Below are positions 47,955-58,125 of a stretch of 64,000 bases of DNA, in pieces (the stretch's first letter is position 1; each line of letters starts with the position of its first letter). Position numbers and translations under genes: made by a program. Location of the stretch: assembly GCA_030583845.1 (NCBI GenBank), contig CP129478.1:1930-65929 (forward strand), written 5' to 3'. This DNA is from Candidatus Dojkabacteria bacterium. GTDB taxonomy: Bacteria > Patescibacteriota > Dojkabacteria > SC72 > JAHDCA01. The notes below the pieces were generated by a model. It made no database searches, was not told the origin of the DNA, and was given only the letters and a program-made list of their open reading frames with translations.

Positions 47955-50408
47955 ATGAATTACGGTCCTAGCGGCTATTCAGACGATCCGTTTGGGAGGT
48001 CTGAAAGGATAGACATAACTAAATACTTTTCTGAAAGAGCAACAACCGCAATCCAAAATGCTGCGGCAATTGCCGTGCAAAATAACCTTCGCTCAATTGA
48101 TAGTGAGCAGCTACTTCTTGGAGTAATTCAAGATGATCCTGTCGTATCCAGGGTATTAAAAGAGCTTGGCGTCGACTTGCAATTACTGAAAGAGCAGCTT
48201 GAAGAGTATATAAATAAAGGTGAAGAGGAGATAAGTACTCCAAACCTCTCTCCACGTGCTAAACAGGCACTCCAATTAGCATTTCAAGAAGCGATGGAGC
48301 TTGGCCACAACTACATAGGTGGCGAGCACATCCTATTGGGATTGATCGCCGAGGGGGAAGGGCTAGCGGCACAGCTTCTCAATAATTTTGGTGTCACTCA
48401 TGTTAAGGCCAGGCAAGCAGTCTTAAAGATTGTGGGTGAGGGGGACAAGGAAGGTAGCCATGCTGCAGAGAAATCTGAGACACCAAATTTGGATAAATTT
48501 TCTCGAGACCTCACCGAATTAGCTAAAACAGGAAAAATTGATCCTGTAATTGGCCGTGGCGATGAGATTACACGAGTCGTGCAGATATTGTCACGTAGAC
48601 GCAAGAACAATCCTGTACTGATAGGTGAGCCAGGAGTAGGAAAAACTGCAATCGCAGAAGGACTTGCTTATAGAATCAGCAAAGGCAATGTTCCTGAAGG
48701 GCTGAAAGATAAAGTTGTGAAAGAGCTCGATGTTGCAAGCTTGGTCGCAGGTGCAAAATTTAGAGGCGAGTTTGAGGAGAGAGCCAAGAAGATTATTGAC
48801 GAGCTTGAGAAATCCGGGCGAGGCATCATCCTGTTTATCGACGAGCTACACACTATCGTCGGGACAGGTGCGCAGGAAGGGCAGATGGATCTTTCAAATA
48901 TGCTAAAGCCCGCGCTGTCGCGTGGTGAACTTCAGGTAATCGGTGCTACAACTTTAAATGAGTACAAAAAATATATTGAAAAAGATGCAGCACTTGAGCG
49001 CAGGTTTCAACCTGTACTAGTTGGTGAGCCAACAGTTGAGCAAACAATCGAAATTCTCCGCGGGCTGAGTGACCGATATGAGGCACACCATAAAGTAAAA
49101 ATCGATCAAGAAGCAATAGATGCAGCTGCCTACCTATCTGACCGCTACATCAAAGATCGGTTCTTGCCCGATAAAGCCATTGACTTGATCGATGAGGCAG
49201 CAAGCCGAGTAAAGCTTCTTACCTCAACAGAGCCAGATCATTTACGCCAGCTACGGGATGAGATAGACCAGATGGAGAAAGAGCGGGAGTCGTTGAGCCG
49301 TGCTGGGCAGCATGAAGAGAGCGCAAAGGTGAAGATGGAGGTCGAGAAAAAGAAGAAGGTGCTGGCACCGGCTGAAGAGCAGTGGCTCAAAATTCGTGGG
49401 ACTGGCAATCCAATACTGCTAGCAAAGGATATTGCTGAGCTAGTAGCCAACATGACCGGAATTCCGGTAACAGATCTGCAAAAAGAAGAGAAGGAGCGAC
49501 TACTTAAATTAGAAGAGACATTGCATCAAAGCGTAGTTGGACAAGAGCAAGCAGTGCAGGCAGTCTCTGAAGCTGTGCGTAGGGCCAGAGTAGGACTTAA
49601 AGATCCAAACAAGCCTATCGCTTCATTTATTTTCCTCGGACCAACCGGTGTGGGCAAGACATTGCTAGCCAAGAGCCTTGCAAAGCAGATATTCGGTGAC
49701 GAGGAGGCAATGATCAGACTTGATATGAGCGAGTATATGGAGAAGCATACTGTATCCAGAATGATCGGCTCGCCACCAGGCTATGTCGGATATGAAGAGG
49801 GAGGGCAGCTAACAGAAGCTGTCCGTAGGAAGCCATACTCAGTAATCCTACTCGATGAGATTGAGAAAGCCCATCCAGATATATTCAATACATTGTTGCA
49901 GGTGCTCGATGAGGGAAGACTGACCGATTCAAAAGGTCGTACCGTAGATTTTAAAAATACTATCATTATTGCAACCAGCAATATCGGTGCGGAGAAAATC
50001 ATTAAGTACATGCAGCTGCAATCTGAAGACAAAAAGTGGGAGGTATTGCAGGAGCAGCTCATGCAAGAGCTTCAAGCAAGGTTTAGGCCGGAGTTCCTAA
50101 ACAGACTTGACGATATAATTATCTTTAAGAGCCTCGACAAAGCTCAACTTGTAAATATCGTAAAGATGCTCCTTGAAGAGACCAAGCAGCTCCTTCACGG
50201 CCAGGGGTTGGAGGTGGATTTTAGCGATGCGGTAATTGAGCATCTCGCCGAGGTTGGATATGAGCCAGAATTTGGTGCACGACCGATGAAAAGAGTAATT
50301 CAACGCGAAATTGAGAACACTTTGGCAAATAGGATTCTCAATTCGGATGTGACAGATGATGGGAAGGTCACAGTTGACTTTAAAGATGGGAAGATCGTCT
50401 TTGAGTAA
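47955..50408 (+). CDS. clpC: Clp/Hsp100 AAA+ chaperone (ClpC-like) with two Clp_N repeats and two AAA+ modules
   Basis: GEPGVGKTA and GPTGVGKT Walker A motifs; Clp_N repeats; ClpB/C sensor motifs. Confidence 0.9.
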   Translation: MNYGPSGYSDDPFGRSERIDITKYFSERATTAIQNAAAIAVQNNLRSIDSEQLLLGVIQDDPVVSRVLKELGVDLQLLKEQLEEYINKGEEEISTPNLSPRAKQALQLAFQEAMELGHNYIGGEHILLGLIAEGEGLAAQLLNNFGVTHVKARQAVLKIVGEGDKEGSHAAEKSETPNLDKFSRDLTELAKTGKIDPVIGRGDEITRVVQILSRRRKNNPVLIGEPGVGKTAIAEGLAYRISKGNVPEGLKDKVVKELDVASLVAGAKFRGEFEERAKKIIDELEKSGRGIILFIDELHTIVGTGAQEGQMDLSNMLKPALSRGELQVIGATTLNEYKKYIEKDAALERRFQPVLVGEPTVEQTIEILRGLSDRYEAHHKVKIDQEAIDAAAYLSDRYIKDRFLPDKAIDLIDEAASRVKLLTSTEPDHLRQLRDEIDQMEKERESLSRAGQHEESAKVKMEVEKKKKVLAPAEEQWLKIRGTGNPILLAKDIAELVANMTGIPVTDLQKEEKERLLKLEETLHQSVVGQEQAVQAVSEAVRRARVGLKDPNKPIASFIFLGPTGVGKTLLAKSLAKQIFGDEEAMIRLDMSEYMEKHTVSRMIGSPPGYVGYEEGGQLTEAVRRKPYSVILLDEIEKAHPDIFNTLLQVLDEGRLTDSKGRTVDFKNTIIIATSNIGAEKIIKYMQLQSEDKKWEVLQEQLMQELQARFRPEFLNRLDDIIIFKSLDKAQLVNIVKMLLEETKQLLHGQGLEVDFSDAVIEHLAEVGYEPEFGARPMKRVIQREIENTLANRILNSDVTDDGKVTVDFKDGKIVFE

Positions 50409-50409
50409 G

Positions 50410-51258
50410 CTACTTTGATGACCGTGCGACTGCGACTGTGAAAGCAGCTCTCGGATAGCGAATTTCATCACTTTTAGTCAGTCGATATGAGTATAGCTTG
50501 TCGTTTTGTGCCGATTCATAGGTGCAGATAGCAGTATCGTAGAAACTGCTGATCCCATACTTATCCCTCATCCTGTCCTTCACCCTTCTGACAAAATCAA
50601 ATCCTTTCTTCTCTTTATCTTCTACCTCCACACAATACTCTTCGATCCAATCTACGCTAGATGACATCTTCTCTATAAAATCTAACCCGTATTCATAATG
50701 CTGGGGACAGATATAAGGAAATATGTATACTTCCGCACGTGACATATTCTCAAGCGAAGCCCGGACAGAAAACAGATCCAGAACATCTTCATATATTCCA
50801 ACAAAAGCCTCCTTGGAGCCGACATGGATATACGCAAAGTGATCTGTGTCAGGATGAGCAATTACGATTATTGCGCAATCGGAAGGAGAAGTCATCACGC
50901 CTTGTCCGGTGAGCGATGTGAGAACGGCGTTAACGTTCAGCTCGTATAAGCCTATATCATCCTGCTGAGATTGACTGTTTCTTATAACTGCCTGAGACTC
51001 TTTGCCGAAGTGAATAAAGCCTGCTTCGAGAGGGCACTTCATTACAACAAATTCATCGGTGCCGACGAGGTTTGCTACCTTTGTACGCTTCTGTGCTATT
51101 AGTGGTTTTTCTTCCTCGTTCTTTGCAAGCTTCTCTGACATGTTTCCCCACTTACCATTATCATAGGTAGCAAGGTTGTTAATGCCGAACTGCTCTTTAA
51201 GTCTAGGAAAAAACAGAATACCGTTTTCAGAATCGAGCTCGTAATTTTGCTGCATCAA
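50410..51258 (-). CDS. YfiH/PgeF-like (DUF152, purine-nucleoside-phosphorylase/laccase-domain) protein, putative peptidoglycan editing factor; apparent TTG start
   Basis: SPSDCAIIVIA and AYIHVGSKEAFVGI resemble the T-x-DC..[IV] and A-x-H-x-GW-[RK] signature blocks of the family. Confidence 0.5.
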   Translation of the reverse strand: MMQQNYELDSENGILFFPRLKEQFGINNLATYDNGKWGNMSEKLAKNEEEKPLIAQKRTKVANLVGTDEFVVMKCPLEAGFIHFGKESQAVIRNSQSQQDDIGLYELNVNAVLTSLTGQGVMTSPSDCAIIVIAHPDTDHFAYIHVGSKEAFVGIYEDVLDLFSVRASLENMSRAEVYIFPYICPQHYEYGLDFIEKMSSSVDWIEEYCVEVEDKEKKGFDFVRRVKDRMRDKYGISSFYDTAICTYESAQNDKLYSYRLTKSDEIRYPRAAFTVAVARSSK

Positions 51259-51261
51259 GGA

Positions 51262-51447
51262 TTACTTCTCTTCTTCGATTATCTCGACTTCAACTTTCTT
51301 AGTGCCGTTCTCATCCTGGCCAACAGATACAACTTCTAGCTCTGTACCACAGACAGAACACTCCAATATTTCACCTACTGAATACTCCTTATCCTCTAAT
51401 ACGATTTCGTTGCCACACTCTGGGCACACAATTTTTGTGTTATCCAT
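51262..51447 (-). CDS. LysW/ArgW-like zinc-ribbon amino-group carrier protein homolog with acidic C-tail (ends EVEIIEEEK)
   Basis: 61 aa; CPECGNEIVLED...GEILECSVCGTELEVV closely parallels the LysW core CPECGAEL.LE..ELGE...C..CGAELEVV. Confidence 0.55.
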   Translation of the reverse strand: MDNTKIVCPECGNEIVLEDKEYSVGEILECSVCGTELEVVSVGQDENGTKKVEVEIIEEEK

Positions 51448-51495
51448 ATTAAACTTTTTCGTTTTTATGTAAAATATTTCTACATTATATCACGC

Positions 51496-52452
51496 ATGAA
51501 GGTGACAATGTCCATTTGGAAATATGCTGAACAGTACAACCCGATAGTAGATATCGCTGCCAGGATTGAAAATAATGCCGGCAATACAGAGCTAACCCAG
51601 ATTGAAATAGATGGTCATGCTGTCTGGCTTAAGCGAGAAGACCAGAACCCAACAGGCTCACACAAAGACCGCTCACTTGCATTTCAGCTTTCAGCACACA
51701 TTGCCGATGGTAGGCAGGATTTCGTTATATCCTCTTCTGGGAATTCTGTAATCAGCGCTGCAAATATTGTAAAGCAATTGCCGAATATCAAGCTGAATAT
51801 TTTCCTTTCCCCAAAGCTTTCAGAGAGCAAGAAAGCAAGATTAGAAAAATACCTCGGATCTGAGATTGACATATCTAGCAAAGAGCCTCAGCTGATTGGG
51901 AACATAACTCTGCACTTCAGTAGGCGAGCGCTTTCCGACTCATTCCGCTTCGCCAAGGAGCATGAATATGTCCTACTACGCGGATCACAAGATCCATATG
52001 CAGTCGAAGGGTTCAAGAGTCTTGGATATGAGCTACTAGAACAGCTGCCAGATATCACAGATATCTTTATGGCCACATCGAGCGGGACCACACTCGTCGG
52101 AGTGGCAAAGTCTATGACAAATGTAAGAGTACACGCTTGCCAATCTAGCTCGATAAATCTTATTGCTAGCCATTTTGATAGAAATTTTGTGCCATCTGAG
52201 AGCTCAATTGCAGACAGCATAGTTGATAGGGTTGGTCATAGGAAAGATGAGGCAATCAGGGTAATTAATGAATCAGAGGGTAGCGGCTGGGTTATCTCTG
52301 ATGAAGAGATAAATAACTCGCTCGAGATGTTAAAGATAAACGGAGTAAACAGCTCGGCGGAGGGAGCACTCGCACTCGCAGCCTACCGTAAAGCCATAAA
52401 TTCCGGATGGGAAATTAGCAAGCCTGTATGTATAATTTCGGGTATAGCCTAA
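51496..52452 (+). CDS. PLP-dependent enzyme of the tryptophan-synthase-beta fold (threonine-synthase/cysteine-synthase-like)
   Basis: LKREDQNPTGSHKDR Lys-containing PLP motif (compare LNPTGSFKDR); Gly-rich loop SSGNS. Confidence 0.8.
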   Translation: MKVTMSIWKYAEQYNPIVDIAARIENNAGNTELTQIEIDGHAVWLKREDQNPTGSHKDRSLAFQLSAHIADGRQDFVISSSGNSVISAANIVKQLPNIKLNIFLSPKLSESKKARLEKYLGSEIDISSKEPQLIGNITLHFSRRALSDSFRFAKEHEYVLLRGSQDPYAVEGFKSLGYELLEQLPDITDIFMATSSGTTLVGVAKSMTNVRVHACQSSSINLIASHFDRNFVPSESSIADSIVDRVGHRKDEAIRVINESEGSGWVISDEEINNSLEMLKINGVNSSAEGALALAAYRKAINSGWEISKPVCIISGIA

Positions 52453-52458
52453 CTGTCT

Positions 52459-54678
52459 ATGAGCAATACCACTCCTACAATTTTCTATATCTGCAATGAC
52501 CCAGAGCGAGCATTAGGTCCTGAAGCCTTTATTGATAACTACCACATTGTATGTATCGACAATAGCCCCTTGCTACCCTTGCTTAAAGCCAAGGGGATCA
52601 AGTATTTCTCGTTGGGCGAGACTCTCGGTGACAGCAACACAATTTTCCGCAATTCCAATAAACTGCTCGCTCGCAAAGAGGTGCAAGAGTATATTGCTGC
52701 AAATTGTGGAGACCAGGCTTATGTCCAGTTTTTTAAAATCGCCCCAAATATTGAGCGAGAATCGGCTAAATTGGGGTATACAGTATTAAACAGCTCTTCT
52801 GTTCTCAACCGTAAGTTCGAAAATAAGCTCTCACAGTATGAATCACTTTCTGGGTCGGTCAAGAATTTTCCTCCGACTGTCATAACCAAACTGTTGGATG
52901 CAAGCTACCAAGATCTCAGTGATGAGCTTGGTGAAGAGATGGTCGTTCAGTTTGACCGAGGACATACTGGCTCTGGGACTCTCTTCATTAAAAGCGAGTC
53001 GCAATTTAATGAAGTTAAAGATGAATTCCCAAACAGGGTCGCACGCATTGCGAAAATGATTGAAGGCGAGGCATGGACTCTGAATGCATGCGTTACAAGA
53101 TTCGGCATAGCATATGGTGGTCTTTGTAAGCAGATAACTGGAATACCAGAGCTAACTTCAGAAGCTGGCGGAACAGTTGGCAATGATTGGACTCAGGTAT
53201 CAGGTCTGAGCCAAGAAATGCTGCAGCAGATTGGCGAGCTGACCGAGCGGGTAGGAGAGCTTATGGCAGCGGATGGATATAAAGGACTATTTGGACTTGA
53301 CCTAATTATTACACCAAACAACGAGCTATATCTTATTGAAATCAATGCGAGGCAGCCTGCCTCAACAGGCATGCACAGCAAACTAATGCTTCAGTCCGAG
53401 CAGATCCCGCTTATTGCTTTCCATATAGCTGAGTTTGCTTTCAAAGGAGATGAGCAATATTTAGCCTTTATTAATCAGACATTTAATAAGCAGTTTAATG
53501 AAGATAAAATTTCACACTTCATTAAATCCCAAAACCACACTTCTTTAAGTTCATTAAATGCCTCTCAGATTATCATTCGCAACAAGTCAGGAAAGGATCT
53601 TAAAATTAAAGATGCAATTCCAGCAGGAGAATATAACAGCAGCTTGGAAAAAGCAGGCGAGAACTATTCAATCTCTGAGATAGATCGAGCAAACTTTATT
53701 CTACTTCACACTGCTCAAGGGCAAGAAGTATCACCTGGCAGCGAGATTGCCCGTATCCAAGCTCCAGAAAGCGTGCTAGACGGTGACAACCTCAAGCTGC
53801 AATATGCTAAGATGGTTGAGCTGATAAATCAGAACAACGACAATATGAGCAGCGAGCATAGATCAGAGCAACAAACAGCTCCCAGCATTACTTCGCAGGC
53901 CGAAAATATCGTAACGAAAGAGCTCCCAACCGAAGTTCAGCAATATATTCGTAAATACTTCGAGCTGCCTATAAACGGCGTACTCGTAACTACTCCATAC
54001 TTTAGAAATGTTAAAAGAGTTCGTGCGGAGCTTCGCGTCCTTGTAGGGAAGGGAACTCCGGAAGAGCTTGTTGAGGAGACGCTTATATACGCTAAACTTC
54101 GAGGATTCGAGCTTCGAGGCAAGACAGCGGAAGAGATTAGAGAGTTTATGATGGAGCAGGGACTGGGTGTAGACTGCTCAGCATTTGTGGCACACACATA
54201 TAATTACTACATGCGAGTAACAGAAAGCGGCTCGCTTTGGGCGAAGGCAAAGTACCCAAACAAAGGCTTCTATCGAAACTTCATCCGCATGCTCCGACCC
54301 GTCGAGAATCTCGGAGCCGAAATCTTAACCAATCTGGAGAATTGCGACAAGATTGAACTCGCTCAAATTGAGCCTGGTGATCTTATCCGCATGAAAGGGC
54401 TAAAGGGCGGCGATCATCTCGCACTGGTATATGCTGTTCAGTATGACCAAAGCGACAGGCCAACAAAGTTTACTTATGTCCACTCGATTTCAAGGTATGG
54501 CAAAGCAAATGGCGTAAGATTTGGAGATGTCATAATCAACGATGCAAACGGTGAATTAAAAGACCAGGAATGGCTGGAAAAAGATGAGGATGGGATATGC
54601 TGGACATTGAAAGAGCTGAAAACAGAATATGAAGATAACGGACTCAGACGACCTAAATTCAAGCCCAATGCCCGATAA
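52459..54678 (+). CDS. Bifunctional-looking fusion: N-terminal ATP-grasp ligase domain plus C-terminal NlpC/P60 (papain-like) amidase domain
   Basis: ATP-grasp: EEMVVQFDRGHTGSGTLFI and GYKGLFGLDLIITPNNELYLIEINARQ. NlpC/P60: GVDCSAFVAHTY (Cys) and GDLIRMKGLKGGDHLALVY (His), then YVHSI. Confidence 0.7.
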   Translation: MSNTTPTIFYICNDPERALGPEAFIDNYHIVCIDNSPLLPLLKAKGIKYFSLGETLGDSNTIFRNSNKLLARKEVQEYIAANCGDQAYVQFFKIAPNIERESAKLGYTVLNSSSVLNRKFENKLSQYESLSGSVKNFPPTVITKLLDASYQDLSDELGEEMVVQFDRGHTGSGTLFIKSESQFNEVKDEFPNRVARIAKMIEGEAWTLNACVTRFGIAYGGLCKQITGIPELTSEAGGTVGNDWTQVSGLSQEMLQQIGELTERVGELMAADGYKGLFGLDLIITPNNELYLIEINARQPASTGMHSKLMLQSEQIPLIAFHIAEFAFKGDEQYLAFINQTFNKQFNEDKISHFIKSQNHTSLSSLNASQIIIRNKSGKDLKIKDAIPAGEYNSSLEKAGENYSISEIDRANFILLHTAQGQEVSPGSEIARIQAPESVLDGDNLKLQYAKMVELINQNNDNMSSEHRSEQQTAPSITSQAENIVTKELPTEVQQYIRKYFELPINGVLVTTPYFRNVKRVRAELRVLVGKGTPEELVEETLIYAKLRGFELRGKTAEEIREFMMEQGLGVDCSAFVAHTYNYYMRVTESGSLWAKAKYPNKGFYRNFIRMLRPVENLGAEILTNLENCDKIELAQIEPGDLIRMKGLKGGDHLALVYAVQYDQSDRPTKFTYVHSISRYGKANGVRFGDVIINDANGELKDQEWLEKDEDGICWTLKELKTEYEDNGLRRPKFKPNAR

Positions 54679-55796
54679 TGGAGTGGCCAGCATTCACAAA
54701 TGATGTAAGGACAACAATCTACTACATATTGGTCTCTTTCGTAGTATCGATGCTGTTAGCTCCGATATTGATCAAAGTGCTGTACAAGTATAACGTAGTC
54801 AGGAAGACAGATAAGGACTTTGCTTCGATCGTCGGTGACAGATTCCTCAAGGCTGGTACACCGATCATGGGTGGTACTCTTGTAGTTTTCACGACCACAA
54901 TATTGACGATTCTATTCAACTGGAACGGGAATACATATATCCCTATCGCTGTACTCCTTATATCAGCTCTATTGGGAGGTATGGACGATCTGCTAAATAT
55001 CTTCGGCAGGAAGAGAGTAGTGAGAACAATTAAGAAACAGGTGCTATTGGCCAGAGTACATAAGAGTCCACTCCACCGACTCTATCTGTGGCTAACTCTC
55101 CCTTGGATTGCATACAAAAATATCTGGTATGCTCTTGGCTCCTACCCAGGCTCGGGTATCCATGCAGGAGAGAAAATAATTGTGCAGCTCATGGCAGGGG
55201 CATTTGTGGCTTGGTGGATCTACTCCAAGCTAGGATGGGATACCGTATGGTTCCCATGGATTGGCACGGTAGAGCTGGGCTACCTGATGCCTATTTTTAT
55301 CATTTTCACAGTTGTCTCAATGACAAATGCTGTAAATATCTCAGACGGCATGGATGGGCTATCGTCGGGTTTGCTGATATTCTCATTCATTGCATATTTA
55401 ATAATCTCACTCATCCAGGGGAATTTTGAGATCGCTACACTTATAGCAGTTGCAGTTGGCTCGTTGATCGCATATCTCTACTTCAATATTAAGCCTGCCA
55501 GATTTGAGATGGGGGATGTAGGGACATTAGCCTTGGGGGCTATGCTGGCTACAGTTGCATTCGCACTGGACAGACCTATTCTGCTGCCAGTTATTGGCTT
55601 TATGTTTGTTGCTGAGATAGGCTCATCGCTGATTCAGGGTGTGTATAGGAGAATCTTCGGCAAGAGGCTGTGGAAAATGGCGCCTTTGCATCTACACTAC
55701 CAGATCAAGGGCTGGTCAGAAGAAAAAGTTGTCATGAGGTTTTGGCTGATGGCAGGATTGTTCGCTCTGGTCGGAGTTTGGCTTAGCTTGATGTAG
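54678..55796 (+). CDS. mraY: Phospho-N-acetylmuramoyl-pentapeptide transferase MraY
   Basis: NAVNISDGMDGL and APLHLHYQ (APLHHHF-type) motifs. Confidence 0.9.
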   Translation: MEWPAFTNDVRTTIYYILVSFVVSMLLAPILIKVLYKYNVVRKTDKDFASIVGDRFLKAGTPIMGGTLVVFTTTILTILFNWNGNTYIPIAVLLISALLGGMDDLLNIFGRKRVVRTIKKQVLLARVHKSPLHRLYLWLTLPWIAYKNIWYALGSYPGSGIHAGEKIIVQLMAGAFVAWWIYSKLGWDTVWFPWIGTVELGYLMPIFIIFTVVSMTNAVNISDGMDGLSSGLLIFSFIAYLIISLIQGNFEIATLIAVAVGSLIAYLYFNIKPARFEMGDVGTLALGAMLATVAFALDRPILLPVIGFMFVAEIGSSLIQGVYRRIFGKRLWKMAPLHLHYQIKGWSEEKVVMRFWLMAGLFALVGVWLSLM

Positions 55797-55797
55797 A

Positions 55798-56823
55798 CTA
55801 GTAGCCGCGTCGCTTATTTTCCAGATTTTCATAAACCCTAGTGGCATGTGCGAAAGGGTAAACGATCATATCGTGGGCATGCACAGTCTGAACTTCACTC
55901 CCCCCAAACCCACGCTTAAACAGCGATAATCCATACCATGGATGCTCTTTCTGATTTTCGGGAGATACACCCCACAAGTTATGGATCCTCATGCCAGCAG
56001 ACTTGGCATACTTAATCGCTTCCCACTGTAGCAGGTATGTTGAAGGTACCTCACGAAACTGTGTGAGCGAGCCACTATGGTGGTATACAGAGTGGCCATT
56101 GAAATATATGAATATGGCAGCCGCGATCGGCTTATTCTCGTACAGTGTGAAAAACATACGAGCCATATTATCTTTCGCAAATAGCTCAAACTCTTTCTGG
56201 ATATAGTTGCGTGAGTAAGCAGTCCATTTATTTCTACTCACTGCATCCTGATAGATTTCCCAAAACTGTTCAAAATTCTCCATCCCTGTTGTGCTTACAA
56301 CTTTGATCCCCATTTTCTCAGCCTTCCTTATATAGTAGCGAGTATTTTTGCGCATCTCAGCGAGTAGCTGATCTTCACTTTTGGAAAGGTCGAGCACCAA
56401 TGTATTCTCGGCATCGACAGCATGTGCCGTGGCTGGGATAAGTTTGCACTCTTTCAATAGATCATTGTGTAATGGGGTATTAGAAAGCAGCGGGCTTATG
56501 CGGACAAACTGCCAAGCCCCTTTCACAGCCATCTTCTTTAGAAATTTCAATACGGCTGCAACAAGCTCTCTGTTCTCCCAATCTATCAATGGGGCATGCC
56601 TCAGGTGAAGATAGCGACCACGCAAGGCCTTTACATGTTTTATCGGGAGTAGACCGACTATTGAATCGTTACTGTCATATACAGCATAGTTATCGAAAAC
56701 AGCCCCAAGTGATTTTTCAAATTCACCATAGTTCCACGACAGGACAAATGTTGCATTATCAAATCTTGATGCAACTTCATCCCACTTCTCCTTATCATTT
56801 AGCTTCTTAATGCTATACATCAT
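55798..56823 (-). CDS. FemABX-family aminoacyl-tRNA-dependent peptidoglycan peptidyltransferase
   Basis: VYHHSGS, YLLQWEAIKYAK, LFKRGFGG family motifs. Confidence 0.8.
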   Translation of the reverse strand: MMYSIKKLNDKEKWDEVASRFDNATFVLSWNYGEFEKSLGAVFDNYAVYDSNDSIVGLLPIKHVKALRGRYLHLRHAPLIDWENRELVAAVLKFLKKMAVKGAWQFVRISPLLSNTPLHNDLLKECKLIPATAHAVDAENTLVLDLSKSEDQLLAEMRKNTRYYIRKAEKMGIKVVSTTGMENFEQFWEIYQDAVSRNKWTAYSRNYIQKEFELFAKDNMARMFFTLYENKPIAAAIFIYFNGHSVYHHSGSLTQFREVPSTYLLQWEAIKYAKSAGMRIHNLWGVSPENQKEHPWYGLSLFKRGFGGSEVQTVHAHDMIVYPFAHATRVYENLENKRRGY

Positions 56824-56865
56824 ACAATCGTTAGGTCACTAAACCTTATACATATCTCGTAAACA

Positions 56866-58125
56866 CTATTTAGCTTCAACGCCGTAATACTCCTCGATCT
56901 TATCAACTATATAATTCGCATCTTCAACTGAAGTATTAATATGTGTCGGTAAATTTATTATCCGGTCACACACTGCCTCGCCACTCGGGCATTCACCACT
57001 CTTGTAGCCTACTGCCTTCGGATTTGCTTCCTTTGGAGAGATTGGATCTGAATACCAGTCGCCAAGATAGATATGGTGGTCGCTCAAAAATGCCAACAGA
57101 TGCTCTTTCCTATATGCAAGAGCCGGGAACCTCAAAGGCGCAGCATTTTCATCTATGCTGAAGCTTTCGACATACTTATTACCTTTTAGCCGTGATTTGT
57201 AAACTTTAGCTATGCTGTCACGATGATAATTGAGTGCTTCAAGGTCAAGTAGCTGTAGGTATGCAAGCTTAGCCAACGCGTTGGGTAAAAGCCGCGGCAC
57301 CGAAGAGGGTAGTGTACCCGATTTCTCCTCAGGTGTAGTTGCTCGGGTCACCAGACCTAATGTCATAGATATTTTATGAAATAGCTTGGCAACCTTGGGC
57401 GAATACTTGTAGAAGAACTTAAACTTGCTCCAAAATATAGGGAAATTTAGCTCCTTCCATACCCACCATCTAGTCGGATGCTCAAGGTCCATGTAGAGAG
57501 CATCAACTTCATCTAGGTAATCGTTATTATTTAACACCAGGACTCCGCCATCAACACCGGAAATCGCCTTATCCCGCCCGAAGCTGAAAACAGCAGCATC
57601 ACCATATGTACCGATTAGTTTACCTCGATGCTTTGTCAGTAATGTATGGGTACAGTCTTCAAGCAGAACAATATTGTGCTTCTTAGCAAGCTTCGCAACA
57701 GCTTCTATCTCTCCTTGAACCCCCAATGTATGCTGATACACAATAACTTTTGTTTTTTCTGTAATCTTCTCAGCCAGACTTGCAACTGAGAATGCCAAAG
57801 TCTCAGGAGAAATATCGGCATATACAGGCTTGAAGCCCGCCCACACAGCTGGATTAACGGCTGCTATGCAGGTGAATCCTTGAAAAATTACCTGATCGCC
57901 ACGCTTCGGTTTTAACGCCTTAAAGAATTGATACATGGCGGATCTGGCGTAATTGTACACAAAGTACTCCCGATCATCACCATACTTCTCTGCAAACCAC
58001 TGCTCAACCAAGTAAGGGTATCCACCCTTCTTCCATTTCCATGGTTGGAAATAGATTTTCAGATTGGCGTGCATATCCTTCCTGCGTGTACTTGGGGAAT
58101 AGGATGTGTATATCAGCCTGTTCAT
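56866..58125 (-). CDS. DegT/DnrJ/EryC1/StrS-family PLP-dependent sugar aminotransferase
   Basis: GDQVIFQGFTCIAAVNP and FSFGRDKAISGVDGG (PLP Lys) motifs. Confidence 0.85.
   Translation of the reverse strand: MNRLIYTSYSPSTRRKDMHANLKIYFQPWKWKKGGYPYLVEQWFAEKYGDDREYFVYNYARSAMYQFFKALKPKRGDQVIFQGFTCIAAVNPAVWAGFKPVYADISPETLAFSVASLAEKITEKTKVIVYQHTLGVQGEIEAVAKLAKKHNIVLLEDCTHTLLTKHRGKLIGTYGDAAVFSFGRDKAISGVDGGVLVLNNNDYLDEVDALYMDLEHPTRWWVWKELNFPIFWSKFKFFYKYSPKVAKLFHKISMTLGLVTRATTPEEKSGTLPSSVPRLLPNALAKLAYLQLLDLEALNYHRDSIAKVYKSRLKGNKYVESFSIDENAAPLRFPALAYRKEHLLAFLSDHHIYLGDWYSDPISPKEANPKAVGYKSGECPSGEAVCDRIINLPTHINTSVEDANYIVDKIEEYYGVEAK

Noticed and set aside
48019-50062. Several minus-strand ORFs (48019..48255, 48398..48610, 48668..48853, 49238..49453, 49781..50062) inside clpC
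   Set aside because: They lie within a highly conserved AAA+ chaperone gene and have no features of their own; spurious.
51262-51447. Calling the 61-aa zinc-ribbon protein canonical LysW
   Set aside because: The C-terminus is ...EVEIIEEEK, not the conserved ...EDWGE with a terminal Glu. It is therefore described as LysW-like, and the functional inference is flagged as a hypothesis.
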